A DNA stretch of 64,000 nucleotides, from the NCBI GenBank assembly GCA_028534125.1, contig CM052816.1:88166001-88230000 (forward strand), in the 5' to 3' direction. A program made the translations under genes and the position numbers. This DNA is from Lama glama. Its lineage: Eukaryota. The notes under the pieces are model-generated. The model had not been told where the DNA came from, made no database searches, and worked only from the letters and a program-made list of their open reading frames with translations. Below are positions 37,401 through 50,100 of this stretch, one piece after another. The stretch's first letter is position 1; each line of letters begins with the position of its first letter.

Positions 37401-38966
37401 GGAAACCATTTTACAGATGAAAATGTCATTTAATATATCTTTTTTCTTCCCATCATGGACAGCATAATGAATTCTGAATCATCACATATCAATAATAACA
37501 ATGGATTGAAAATAAACCTTTGAAAAGGGTAGACTGCCTTTTGACGTATTCAAGAATATCGAAACCCTAGCTTCCTAAGTGCAAATACACGAGCTTCTTT
37601 GACTTTGTATTTCTAGTAATCACTTTTCACTCAGGTTTCAGACTTTAATCCTTGAGTGTTCTTTTCCCTAGATTCAAGTTTTCAGTTAATAATTGCTGAA
37701 GGTTTCAATATTAATTCAACTACTCCTCATTTTTCTATTCCTACTGTCAACACAAGTGCCTGGCATCGCTGACTCTTGTTGAGAATATTATAATAGGCAT
37801 CTGGCAGCTTGATACTTTGTTTCTCAATTTAAAAATATCTTCTATGTCCCATTCCAAACTCTATCTTATCATATAAAGTTGTCTCAACTTGGTGCTTCCC
37901 ACTGAAATGGGTATGGAGAAGGTGCCTAATTTTTAGTTGTTGAAATTAGAATCTACAGAAAGATGAATGGAATATTATTGAGACAGTAGAATTTTTCTGA
38001 CATACTTGTATTTTCCTCAGTAGCATATTTGTCTAAAATTGTGTTTCCTGATTCCAAAGTGGGTATCATGTATGCTATAATAAACTAAATAGTAATACAT
38101 TTTTAAAAAATAGCAAAGTGTTTCTAAGAGTGACTTTAATAGACTTAAAAATGAAATAGTGTTATGAATACAATAAAATTTCCACTTCTATGTATAGAAA
38201 TAAAAGAAGCAAAGAACAAATGCATGCAAAATTTTAATAGAAATATTAATTGTATTAATATAAAATTTAAACTCCTTATTTCCTTTGATAGGTTCAAGTA
38301 AATATTTCATTGTTGATTGTATCCGAATTAAAATGAATCATTTTTGTAATTAAAGTGACAATTATTATAATTCATGATGTGTAAAAACTGTAATGAATCT
38401 TGACAGTTTTAACACATTTTATTTTCCTTTTCATGTTTCTTAAGTGAAAGTGAAAGCGTATAAATATACAAATATATGTAACATATAGATTTGGGAAAAA
38501 TTTAAAAAATCAAGTTTTATCTGAATAGTTTATTGATATTTGTTATATTTTCAAAAATAGTTTCTTAGGTAAGATATTATACAGATTCCTACATTGTAAT
38601 CTTTGCTCCTCTGTCAAGTAAGAAAACACTCACTGGAGTATTTTTTCTCTGTGAGATTTTGATGTCAGAACAAAAAAGTGGGTCAGTGCAACATACTCCT
38701 GGTCTTATAAGCCATTTTCTCTTCTCTCTGAATAGAAAATTTAATTCTTACACCAGACAAGACTAATGTTCCTTCTTTTCCTAAGGTTTGTTTTGACTAG
38801 ATTGAATTACATTTTGACAGCGTTCATAATGATAAAGGAAAGAATTAAAATCTGGGTGTAGTTTTACTGACTTAAGAAGAGCTTCCTACTGTTTAACAGA
38901 TACCAACTTTGAGGTCTGAAGTGAGGCGCATAGTAACCATCTTATCATACGTGTCATGTTTTGTAG

Positions 38967-39218
38967 ACAACACAGCTGGAATTGAAACCCGAAGAAATGG
39001 ATACAGCCGCAGGCAGCAAGAGCTGTATTTCCTCCCTGTTGTAATAGAAGACAGCAGTTATCCTGTCCAGAGCAGCACAAACACAATGACTATTCGAGTT
39101 TGTAGATGTGACTCTGATGGTACCATCCTGTCTTGTAATGTGGAAGCAATTTTTCTACCTGTGGGACTCAGCACTGGGGCTTTGATTGCAATCCTGCTGT
39201 GCATTGTTATACTCTTAG
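38967..39218 (+). CDS. CDH12: Cadherin-12 coding exon (end of EC5 and first part of the transmembrane helix), 252 nt
   Basis: ttttgtAG acceptor and G|GTTGGT donor. Encodes [83 protein letters not shown]. Confidence 0.96.
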
Positions 39219-42000
39219 GTTGGTTTCACTATTACTTGCATAGCCTCAGTCTGTCTTTCTTTTTCTCTCTCCCTTCTTCATGTATCTCTCCTCATTTTAC
39301 CGTATAAATCAATTTTTAAATTTTCATTGAGATGCCACAAATGGATGGAAGGAAGACTGTCTATTGGACTGAACTATATTTTTATTAAAATTAATTTTCT
39401 CTGTCTTGCCTCATGGAAATATGCCAATAGAAATAAATAAATGACATCATAAAAAATATAAATGTATGTTCAAGCCCCTAGGGGATTTTCAAGTAATAGT
39501 CTGTGACCCTGACTGCAATGAAACTTTCTATGACAAATATCCTATTTGTAGCAATGATTTCTCAATTTATTTTTTATATCCTAGTAATTATTGCTGCCTA
39601 ATAAGATTGTATAATCTTTACAATTATATGAGGTGAACAATAGTTCTCAAATACTAGTTTGATCAAGAAAGGAAAAAACAAAAGAGAACAGGAAAGAAAT
39701 AGAAAGTAAAGGAACCTCCAGTTGTCTCTTTCCTGTCTACAGTGCCAGAAAGAGCAAGTTTTATTTCACTGTTCTCAGATCTCCTCACGTCAAAACTCTA
39801 ACCATTCCCACCAGAACAGAACAGAACACACTAGAATTTCTCAAAGCGCAGTGAAGGGAAAGGCTTGAAGTAAATGTATTCTGTAACATCTCTGTGAGAA
39901 TGGAAACCTATGGTGCGAATTTCCCTCTTCCATCACCTCTGCTCAGCTGACTCCACTTCGCTTATTAATTCACAGCCAGACTCACAAAAGCAGAGAGGGA
40001 TTTTCTGTTTTGCCAGTCATCCCTTTAAATCGAAATTGCAGTGGAGGTACAGTCGGGCACCGTGGAGTCAGTTTATATATGCATGCTTATTGGTTAACAA
40101 AATATGCCAACAAATGTAGATACCTACCTTTTTCTATAATATAGAAAATAAAACTTAAAACAAAACTTACTAGGTTGCAAAGCATGGAGTAATACTATAT
40201 AATAGTTTGTGAAGGACAATTCTCTGAGTCAGAAGCTCACTTTGGTTTAGGGGATACAATTCTAGTCCAGTTTGCATGAAGTAGATATTAATTTCACCCA
40301 AGTAACCTTGGTGTGTAGAACAAAGTATTCTTTATATCCTTATAATTTGAATTATAAATTATATCTGGCATCTGTTTGGGCTGATGATATAAACTCCTTT
40401 AAAAGGGAAGATTCAAAATAATGCTCTCACATCTGAAATCGAGAATGATCAATTAGGTGTTTAACTTCAAATCTAACGTTTCTTTCTCATAGTCTTCTCT
40501 AGAAGCTGAGTCTGAGAGTATTTCCATATCAACCTAGCATGACTCAATATTCTGGATGTTTGTCTTTGGCCACTTTGGCTTTCTTACAATATAACAACTC
40601 ATGTTACTCAAAGTCAGCCTTGTCATGTACTGTCATCCACCACTCGTTCACCCAAATACTTCCCCCTCAGTGCCCCTGCACCACGCTAGCATCGCGACTT
40701 GCTGGTATACAGCAGTGAATGTTGACACCCTGAGTCTTGCCATGGCGTCTGCTTACAAATCCATCTACTCCCTGATATCCTCAACCAATCTCAGACTCCT
40801 TTAGGTCTTCCAGCTTATTCTGCCCTTCGTAGAGTGAGGAGGAGCATGAGAATCTTGTGGTGCTTGGGAACTTTTCGTTGGCCCTCAAGCACATCTAATT
40901 AGTCTCTTTCTCAGTCATGGCAACTCATTTTATACCTATGCAAGGTTTCTCTATGAGGTCTGCAGTCTCTCACACACTCTCTGAGTGAACAAACAATAGT
41001 CTCTTTAGTTCTGGGATTGGCCTAAACCCTGGAAGGGGTGCAGGGTGCTAAACATCTCTCCAAGGTACATTGTACAGAAGCTCTGCCTGTATCTCCTCTT
41101 TCCTGCTCCTTCATTTTGGAAGAAGAGGGAACAGATGAGCTTCCATCATCATGCAGACTTCTCTACCTTTTAATCGCATGACAAGAGTCTTCCTTCCAGA
41201 TTCTGCTGTGGTAAATCAAACATGTTTTGGCTTTCAACCTATCACCACTACTATGGAGGAGATGATAGTGTTATGCCAAATAAGGTTGAGCACTGACTTC
41301 ATGGTGGGAATCTGTGCTTATTTGCTCCTAGAAAAAAAGAAACACTGTCAATATAAAGATGGCTGTAAATCAATGGGAAACAAAGAGACATTCAATAATA
41401 AGGGTCTGTACATTAACTATTTCAAAACATTATCGTGTTTTAAGAAGGTAACCTGAGTAAAAGACATGTGATTTGGAAAATATCTCAATTTGGCAGGACA
41501 TAGAATTTACACAACTAGAGGTCTTAGTTGACATAATTTGGAAAACTAAGGTCCTTAGTTCTATATTCTTGTCTCTTTTTTTTCTTACTTATTGCTTTTA
41601 AAAGTGATTGTTAAATGAAGATTTGAGTTTATTTCATTAGGAATACAGTAACGTTAACAACTGAGAGATCTAGATATGAATAATATCTAAGTGTTACTTA
41701 TGGGTTATAAAATTCAAGTCATTATGTCAATGCTTTATAGCTCTCTGTATGATTGGAACAACCATTCTTTTCTGTTTTTTAAATTTTGTAACACACACTT
41801 TTTACCTGACACTGAAATATTTACATACAGTATGTGTTAAATACAAGGCTACAATTGTTTGGTTTTGTGAATAATTTTGCTATGGTTTCATGTTAGTTAT
41901 AATTTCAAAATGTAATTGAATTTTAACAATGAAGAAAAAGTCAACAGAGATATGATCTTTATTGATTACAATATGTTTACTTAGAAAATAATAGGATGTC

Positions 42001-42003
<3 letters not shown>

Positions 42004-42039
<36 letters not shown>
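42004..42039 (+). repeat. Pure poly(A) tract, 36 nt, in the last intron
   Basis: Directly visible; ends 82 nt upstream of the terminal exon. Confidence 0.95.
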
Positions 42040-42042
<3 letters not shown>

Positions 42043-42121
42043 AGCCAGCCCTGATCAATTTTATTTTTTATGGAGAGATGAACTGACATATTCTCAAATT
42101 GCAATTTCTGTCTTGTTCTAG

Positions 42122-42621
42122 CCATCATTGTGCTGTATGTAGCTCTGAGAAGGCAGAAGAAGAAAGACAGCCTGATGACCTCTAAGGAAGACATCAGAGA
42201 CAACGTTATCCATTATGATGATGAAGGGGGTGGGGAGGAGGACACCCAGGCTTTCGACATCGGTGCTCTGAGAAACCCCAAAGTGATTGACGATAACAAC
42301 ATTCGCAGGGATATCAAACCAGACTCTCTCTGTTTACCTCGTCAGCGACCCCCAGTAGAAGATAACACAGATATAAGGGATTTCATTAATCAAAGGCTTC
42401 AGGAAAATGATCTGGACCCCGCCGCCCCACCGTACGATTCATTGGCAACGTATGCCTATGAAGGAAATGGATCAGTAGCCGACTCCCTTAGCTCGATAGA
42501 GTCTCTCACCACAGAAGCTGACCAGGACTACAACTATCTGACAGACTGGGGACCCCGCTTTAAAGTCTTGGCAGACATGTTTGGCGAAGAAGAGAGTTAT
42601 AACCCTGATAAAGTCACTTAA
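42122..42621 (+). CDS. CDH12: Cadherin-12 terminal coding exon (end of transmembrane helix and cytoplasmic p120/beta-catenin-binding domain), stop TAA at 42619-42621
   Basis: ttgttctAG acceptor. [24 protein letters not shown] and SLSS motifs; the C-terminus [25 protein letters not shown] matches CDH12 as I recall it. Confidence 0.97.
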
Positions 42622-42687
42622 GAGAGAAGCAAAGGCTAAAACACAACCAACAGAAGGCATTTAATGAAAAGGAATGCAAATAGAAAT

Positions 42688-42713
42688 CACACACACACAC
42701 ACACATACACACA
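42688..42713. repeat. (CA)n microsatellite in the 3' UTR
   Basis: cacacacacacacacacatacacaca. Confidence 0.9.
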
Positions 42714-43245
42714 GCCAGGCTTTACAGGACAAGATTTCTTTGATTATCTGGTTTCTAGCAAGTTACTCTACTTATCATATTGTTAGTTTCGGTTTATTCT
42801 GCCAACACAAGATAAATCCTATAATGTGTACTCTTGCTTGGTTTTGTTTTGTTGTTTTGGAAACACACTGAGACAAGCTCAGGCCTCTTAAATACAATTT
42901 ATTGACATGGCAACCCAGAACGAAGATAGCTCTGTGGCATCACGGTGGAAGAGTGTTAGATTTTTCTTAATTCCACTAAAGTGCCTATTGAAACTCTTAT
43001 CATTTAAAGTGGTGTACAGTACACTCTGCTGTGATGGCATTACAGGATTCAGATACAGAGGACATAAAACAAAGACCCTGTCTTTATGTCAAGGAGCAAT
43101 AGCAACATGCTGACTTCTAACTCCTTTTAAGGAAAAAAGAAGAATGCTTTCTGAACTCCATCTTCTTAGAATTAAAATGCATTTTTTTCTTTTTTAAACT
43201 GTATGCCAAAACCTATTTGTTTTTTCTACCCTTTCAGAAAATTGA

Positions 43246-43448
43246 AATAAATGCGATAATATCAAATTCAATATGTAAGTCCCGAATTTTAAAAGCAATG
43301 TTTAATCTTAATATTAGTTCCTATTAAAGGTGTTCATTAAAATGTTACTTTTTTCCAAAAAAAAAATAAAATTTTTAAAAAGGAAATTTAAAAAAAAATT
43401 CTCTTTTTAAAGAGAGGCCTCAGGGCTGAAACTTCACATTAAAATAAA
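43246..43448 (+). promoter_or_regulatory. Candidate polyadenylation signals
   Basis: AATAAA at 43246-43251, 43365-43370 and 43443-43448, ATTAAA at 43323-43328; T/GT-rich sequence follows 43448. Which signal is used cannot be read from the sequence. Confidence 0.45.
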
Positions 43449-44961
43449 TATTGGTTTTGTCTTAATACTGTGCTGGTGTGTGGAAGGTTGGTTTTAACAA
43501 ATCACCAGATCATAGAAGACTTCAGTCATAGATAAAATTGAAGTTGTGTTTCTATGAAACATTTTGGGGGAAAAAAGTGCCATTGATTTAAACATGGGAA
43601 GAATAATTCATATACAGCTGCTCAGAGTTTCTTACAATCTAGTCATTTTTTGATGAGCAAAGAGAAGAATATACATATCATATAATACAGAATGGATTTA
43701 TAACATGTCTAAAAATATTTATTATACCTTATTGAACAAATAAAAAAATCAGGAGCTGCAGAAAATTCAAACCAATGACTAACTCTTAAAATGTACACAA
43801 ATGCAAAATCAGGTAGTTGACTTGTCAATCTTATTAATACAGAATTCAACTTTGTGAACATTGTTATTATATTGGAGCTCAGTTGCTTTTTATGCTGTCA
43901 TCTACAATAATTCTAATATAAACAGTACCATAAACCACCTCTGTAAAAAACTTTCACTTTTTAATTTGATGAGTTTTCTAAGAAAGACTAGATTTTATAA
44001 GCATACAGGTAAACTGCACCCATATACAATACTTTTAAATGAATTGTACACTCTAGAAATGCACTTAACAAAACAGGTAACTAACTATGAAATAATAATA
44101 TATTTTCTTAATATTGTAACTCTACAAGTGACTCCTGAAATTTTAGAACAATATATAGGAAAAATTAAAATTTGCTTATAGATTCGTTCTGAAGATGTCA
44201 TCAATATCTCGCTGTATTTATGAAATATTTATAATTATATTTGTATTACAAAGTGTGAAAGAAGAAATTCACACTTGGGGAAATGGGTAGAAATATAAAT
44301 AATGTAGGCAAATTATATTCAGTCCTATTCACTATTAAGTACTTACTTCAAAAACATATAACTGATAATTATGTTGGGGCCATTTGAATCTGCATTTCCT
44401 ATCCCTCTTCTGGTGTCTCATAGTTGCAGTTCTCCTTGCCCTTCCTGGGATAATTGTAGATGTCCTTTCTTACCTCTCACCATCTCAACTTTATCTTTGT
44501 CTCATTCCTGGGAACTGCATTAGAATCTTGATGTAGTGGGGTAATTTGCAGTCTAATATGCTTTGGGAAACACTTATATAATATTTTAAAAGCTGGCAAT
44601 GTCATAACCATCCTGGAGGAAAAGTTCATTCAGTCAACTTCTGGGTTGGTCCCAGCAACATGATTTGCTATGCCACGATGCAGGACCCTTTGAAGAAGGT
44701 TAATATGCAAATCGCTTCCAGCTGACAAAATGATTCTTGTCAAGAGTTACTGCATTTCGCATCTTGCTAGAAAATCTGACTGCCTCTGCATGGAGTCATG
44801 TATCAGAAGCAATGATGGCACAAGGAAAACTTAGGAGGGGCTAGTCACTTCAAACTACACGACCGAGATGCTAAGCAAATATATAAAATTGGTGGGTCTT
44901 TCTTTCACTCAATTAAGAAGGCTTTTTGAAGTACCTCTATCTTTTATTTTTGCTACACCAC

Positions 44962-45309
44962 TGCATTAGTTTGTTAGGGCTGCATAACAAAGCACCACAG
45001 GTGGTTTAAACAACACAACGGCTGGCAGTTCTGGAAGCAAGAAGTCCAAGATCAAGGTATCCGCAGAGCTGATTTCCTCTAAGGGCCTCTATCCTTGGCT
45101 TGTCCATGGCTGTCTTCTTTCCATATCCTCACATGGTCTTTTTTCTGTGCTAATTCCTTTTCTAAGGACACCAGTCATACTGAGCCCACACACATGACCT
45201 CTTTTTGACCTTAATTAAAGGCCCCATCTTCAAATACAGTCATATTCTGAAATATTGATGGTTAGGAGTTCAAAATGAATTTTAGGAGAATGTAGTTCAA
45301 CCCACAACA
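44962..45309 (-). mobile_element. MLT1B-like MaLR solo LTR
   Basis: TG...CA termini (tgcattagtttgttagggctgcataacaaagcaccaca...ttcaacccacaaca) and a perfect 5-bp target duplication ACCAC (44957-44961 and 45310-45314). Confidence 0.85.
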
Positions 45310-46679
45310 ACCACACAGATGTTAATAGCAAATATTCCAAAAATTATTTGATTTACAACAAACAAGCAAATAAATTAATGAGAAAAATACAAAACAAAAC
45401 AAAACAAAAACCACGAATGGAAATAATTTCATGCACCATGGGAAATGACAAAAGTGGCATGGTGAAAAGAGGTCTTTTGATGTTCATACATTGGAAGAAT
45501 TCTTTTTTATGCTACTGAAGGTACTAGGCCTAGTATTTCAATACTCTTAACTATCTTGGGATTTTTAAATTTATAATATCACAGCCACTGGCCTTCATTC
45601 AGGCACTAAGCATTGTAAAAATGCTTAGAATTTACATGGGGAATTTTGGCTATTAACAATAATTGTACATAACTTTTTAATTACATTGCATGCTTACCTT
45701 TACAGAAATATATGTGTACATAGTCTATGTAATATATGTATGTCACTTATACATTTTAAAAAAATGTTACCTTTGTGTTCAAAGAAGTATTAGATGGACA
45801 CATAAGAGTGAAACAGGTGTGCGATACACTAGAAAGAATCTAAAATTGCTCTTGTACCAAATTCTATCCCTAACTGGGAACGTCATAAGGGGCAAGCACC
45901 TTAGCCTCCCTGTGATCGACTCTCTTTGGTAAAATGAATTTATTGCTTTTGGTGTTATCTACGTTTCCTCTGACATTTCTTTTCTCTCAAGTTACACTTA
46001 TATGAAGTCCATTAAATCATTTACATATTGATTACATAACATGGGAATCACAGAGATCTTTAAAACATAATATAAATAACAAAATTCTTTGAGTTAGATG
46101 GATGGTACACTGACTCACTACATCCCACATCGGGAGAGCCAGACAAATACTTCTCACACAATAACTGTCAAAGTTCTTCAGCAAGAAGGAATGGTAGAGG
46201 TGTGTATAGAAACAGAGAGAAAAAGAAATGTTAAAATAGAGTCCTGCTCTTGAGGAAAAACAAGTGATACGAAGAAGAGATTAGAAGGGATGTGTTAGTC
46301 TTTGTCTGTAAGAGGAGGGTATTTTAGAGGTCCTTGGAAATGTTTCAGTAACTATTGTGTTGAAACGGGAATTCCTAGAAGCTGATGTAAATACGCAGGC
46401 ACTATATTTGAAGTGGGTCCCAAACTATGGCAAGGTCTGAAAAGAATTAATAAAATGTCAGTAAACCACATCAGTTTGCTTCCCAAGAAAAAAGGAGTGG
46501 GAGGGAGATAGTTTTGTAAATCTCTCCGTGTTTGAAAATTTCACTTGCTTTCTCACCAAATTTATAATTTGGCTAAGTGCACAACTATCGCTTGGAATTG
46601 TTTTTCCTAAATATTTTGAAAGTGTTTTTTTTTTATATTATATTCTAGCCTCCAACCCAGCTGATGAAATAGAAGGATG

Positions 46680-47179
46680 NNNNNNNNNNNNNNNNNNNNN
46701 NNNNNNNNNNNNNNNNNNNNNNNNNNNNNNNNNNNNNNNNNNNNNNNNNNNNNNNNNNNNNNNNNNNNNNNNNNNNNNNNNNNNNNNNNNNNNNNNNNNN
46801 NNNNNNNNNNNNNNNNNNNNNNNNNNNNNNNNNNNNNNNNNNNNNNNNNNNNNNNNNNNNNNNNNNNNNNNNNNNNNNNNNNNNNNNNNNNNNNNNNNNN
46901 NNNNNNNNNNNNNNNNNNNNNNNNNNNNNNNNNNNNNNNNNNNNNNNNNNNNNNNNNNNNNNNNNNNNNNNNNNNNNNNNNNNNNNNNNNNNNNNNNNNN
47001 NNNNNNNNNNNNNNNNNNNNNNNNNNNNNNNNNNNNNNNNNNNNNNNNNNNNNNNNNNNNNNNNNNNNNNNNNNNNNNNNNNNNNNNNNNNNNNNNNNNN
47101 NNNNNNNNNNNNNNNNNNNNNNNNNNNNNNNNNNNNNNNNNNNNNNNNNNNNNNNNNNNNNNNNNNNNNNNNNNNNNNN
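46680..47179. other. Assembly gap, exactly 500 N
   Basis: N run of the same size as the first gap. Confidence 0.99.
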
Positions 47180-50100
47180 AGGAACATACTATCAAAGTGA
47201 CTTACTGCTATTGGTGTTAACCTTGATCATCTGGCTGAGGTCATTTCCCAAGTTTCTTCACTGTAAATTATTTGTTTTTCCCCAAATCCATACTGTACTC
47301 CTTGGTCGAAGGTCCATTCTGCATAGCCCACAATTTAAAAGTGCAGAGTGTTGTTCCACCTCTTGAGGGCAAAATATCAACAAAGTATTTGAAGTTCTTC
47401 TACCTTGGGGATTTGTCTGTTCTCCACTTATTTATTCAATCACTTATTTATTTGAGTAGGAATCCATAGATATTAATTTGATATTGTGGCTCATAATCAA
47501 ATACTGCTTTATTATGAAGCTATTTCAGGTAGTACCTGTGCTATTTACAAATCTTCATCGCTGTTTAGTTTTTGTTTTGATTCCATGGTTGGTTGGTTTG
47601 CACGTCTTGAGCACTTTCTCACACTATAAACCCCATGCCCATCTTGTGTATTTCCTTGCCCCAGTTCTAGAATCAGCATTTCCTTTTAAAAAAACCTTGC
47701 TTTCCTTTGCTGGAAAATTATATTACAAAGATCTGGATGTTAAGAGTGCTCCTTGTTCCTGAGGTGTTTGTATTTCTAGATCCCATCAAATGACAGAACA
47801 AGGGAATATATGTGTGTATATCAACTAATGTACAAGCATACACACCCATGCTCACATATAAATGCTTCTATATGTAGCCAGTTGTACCTTTACAAACTAA
47901 AAGTGAGTTCACGCTGATATCTCAGACTTTAATCCGTTTTATAACGTGGTCCATTATAGACAGCCTTCTCGCTCACTATGTAACCCCTCCTTCCAACCCT
48001 GAAAAGCCTACTTCTCAACATTTGCTATTCATTTACTTAGTTATTCAATTACAAGGCGTATGAATAATATGTCAGAATTGTTAACTCACACTCTCATGCA
48101 AAACAACTTCATCAGAGTTACCTCAGTCTTACAGACTCCCCTTTCATTTCCAAAGTGACTTAAGCCGCATCCTTTTCACCACCCCCTTCAGTGAGGTTGT
48201 GTCAACCATTCCTCAAACAATTAGATTATTTTCTCACATTCTTCATTCAATCCTTGGATCCTCCGATTTCTTAAAAATATATTGAAACAATTTTTTATAC
48301 ATTCAGATTTACCCTTTGTGCTGTAAAGTTTTGTTGATTTTGACAAAAGCATGCTGCTGTGTATTCACTATTACAGTCCATTTATAAAATAGTTTCACCG
48401 CTTTAAAAAAAATCCTTTGTTTTTCAAATATTCCCTGATTCCTGGAAACCACTCATATCCATACTGTCTTTATGGTTTTGTCTTTTCCAGATTGTTATAT
48501 AAACAAAATCATACAGCATGTAGGCTTTTCACACTGGTTTTTTCACTTAGCGATACATATTTTAGACATAAACGTATCTTTCTGTGATACAATAGCCCAT
48601 TTCTTTTTAACACTGAATATCATTCCACCGTGTGGATGTACCACAGTTTGTTTATCAATTCACATATAGGGTGATATTTTGGTTGCTTCAAGTTTTTTTG
48701 CGATTACAAGTAAAGCTGCTAAAAATACTCATGCATGGGTTTTAATATAAACAGAGTTTTTTAATCATTTGGATAAATACCTGGGACCTGAGTTATTGGA
48801 CTAACTAAGTTTTATTTTGAAAGAAACTGCCAGAATGTCTTCCAAAGTGGCTGTGCTATTTTGCATTTCCATCAGCAATGTATGAGAGCTTCACTGCTAT
48901 CCATCCTCAGAAATTTTGGTTTTGGTATTGTCAGCTTAGGGTTTAGCCATTCTGATAGGTATGCAGTGATATCTCACTGTTTACTTTTTTTAAATTAATA
49001 TTTCTTAGTGACAAATTATGTTTAACATCTCTTTATATCCTTATATGCCATGTCATCTATATATCTTCTTTGTTAAGGTGTTGTTCAAGTATATGTCCTT
49101 TTTATAATTGCTTTTATCTATTTTCCTACTGTTTGGTTTTAAGAGATCTTTGTGTATTTTGGATACAAGTCTTTCATGATAGAGGCTTTGCAAATATTTT
49201 CTGCCAGTTTGCAGCTTGTCTTTTAATTCTCATGTGTATCTTACAAAGCAGACATCTTTAATTTTAATATAGTCCAATTAATTATTTATTTCATAGGTCA
49301 AGCTTTTGTGAGTGTATCGCAAAGTCATCACCAAACCCAAGGTCACTTGGATTTTTCTCCCACATTCTCTTCAAGAGACTGCACTTTAATTTTGGATGCA
49401 TAATCCATCCTGAGTGAATTTTTATGAAGGATATATTTTGTGTGCTGAGCACATTTTACTTTTGCATATGAACATGGAATTTTTCCAGCATATTTTGTTT
49501 AAAGGACTGTCCATTCTCTATTAAATTGTCTTTGTCATAAATTACATGAACATAAATGTTTGTGGACTCTATTCAGTTCTACTGATCTTTGTGTCTTTTC
49601 TTTTTTTTTTACAAAATCAAGCTATTTTGGTTACTGTCACTTTATGCAAGTCTTGAAATCTGGGAGTATGAGTATTTCAACTTTGTTTTTCAATGTTTTG
49701 TTGACTATTCTAGGTTTTTGTCTTTCACATGAGTTCAGAGCCAATTTGTTTATATCTACAAGGTCGCTTGTTAGGATTTTAACAGATATTGTATAAAACC
49801 TATACATCAAATTGGAAGCATTAAATCTTAACAATATTGAGTCTTCTAATCCATAAACAGAGATTTAAAAGTACAAAATCTCTCTTTTGATTTAGATGTT
49901 CTTTGATTTCTTTCATAATTTTTTGCATTTTTTTTGGCATATAGCTCTTGTACATAGTTTATTAGATTTATACCTAAATTTTTTGGTGTATATTATAAAT
50001 GGCATTTTAAAAAATTGCAGTTCTTGTCTTAATGCTGATACATAGGAAACCAGTTTACTTTTGTTTAAATTTCACTTGTATTTCTGCCATCTTGCTATAT

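Larger units (their letters stand above)
42622..43460 (+). other. CDH12: Probable CDH12 3' UTR (3' end uncertain)
   Basis: Follows the stop codon, lacks recognisable transposons, and ends in a cluster of polyadenylation hexamers. Confidence 0.55.

Noticed and set aside
36985..37467. 160-aa ORF
   Set aside because: Antisense reading of an L1 3' UTR.
46528..47366. ORFs of 180-230 aa
   Set aside because: Artefacts of the second N run.
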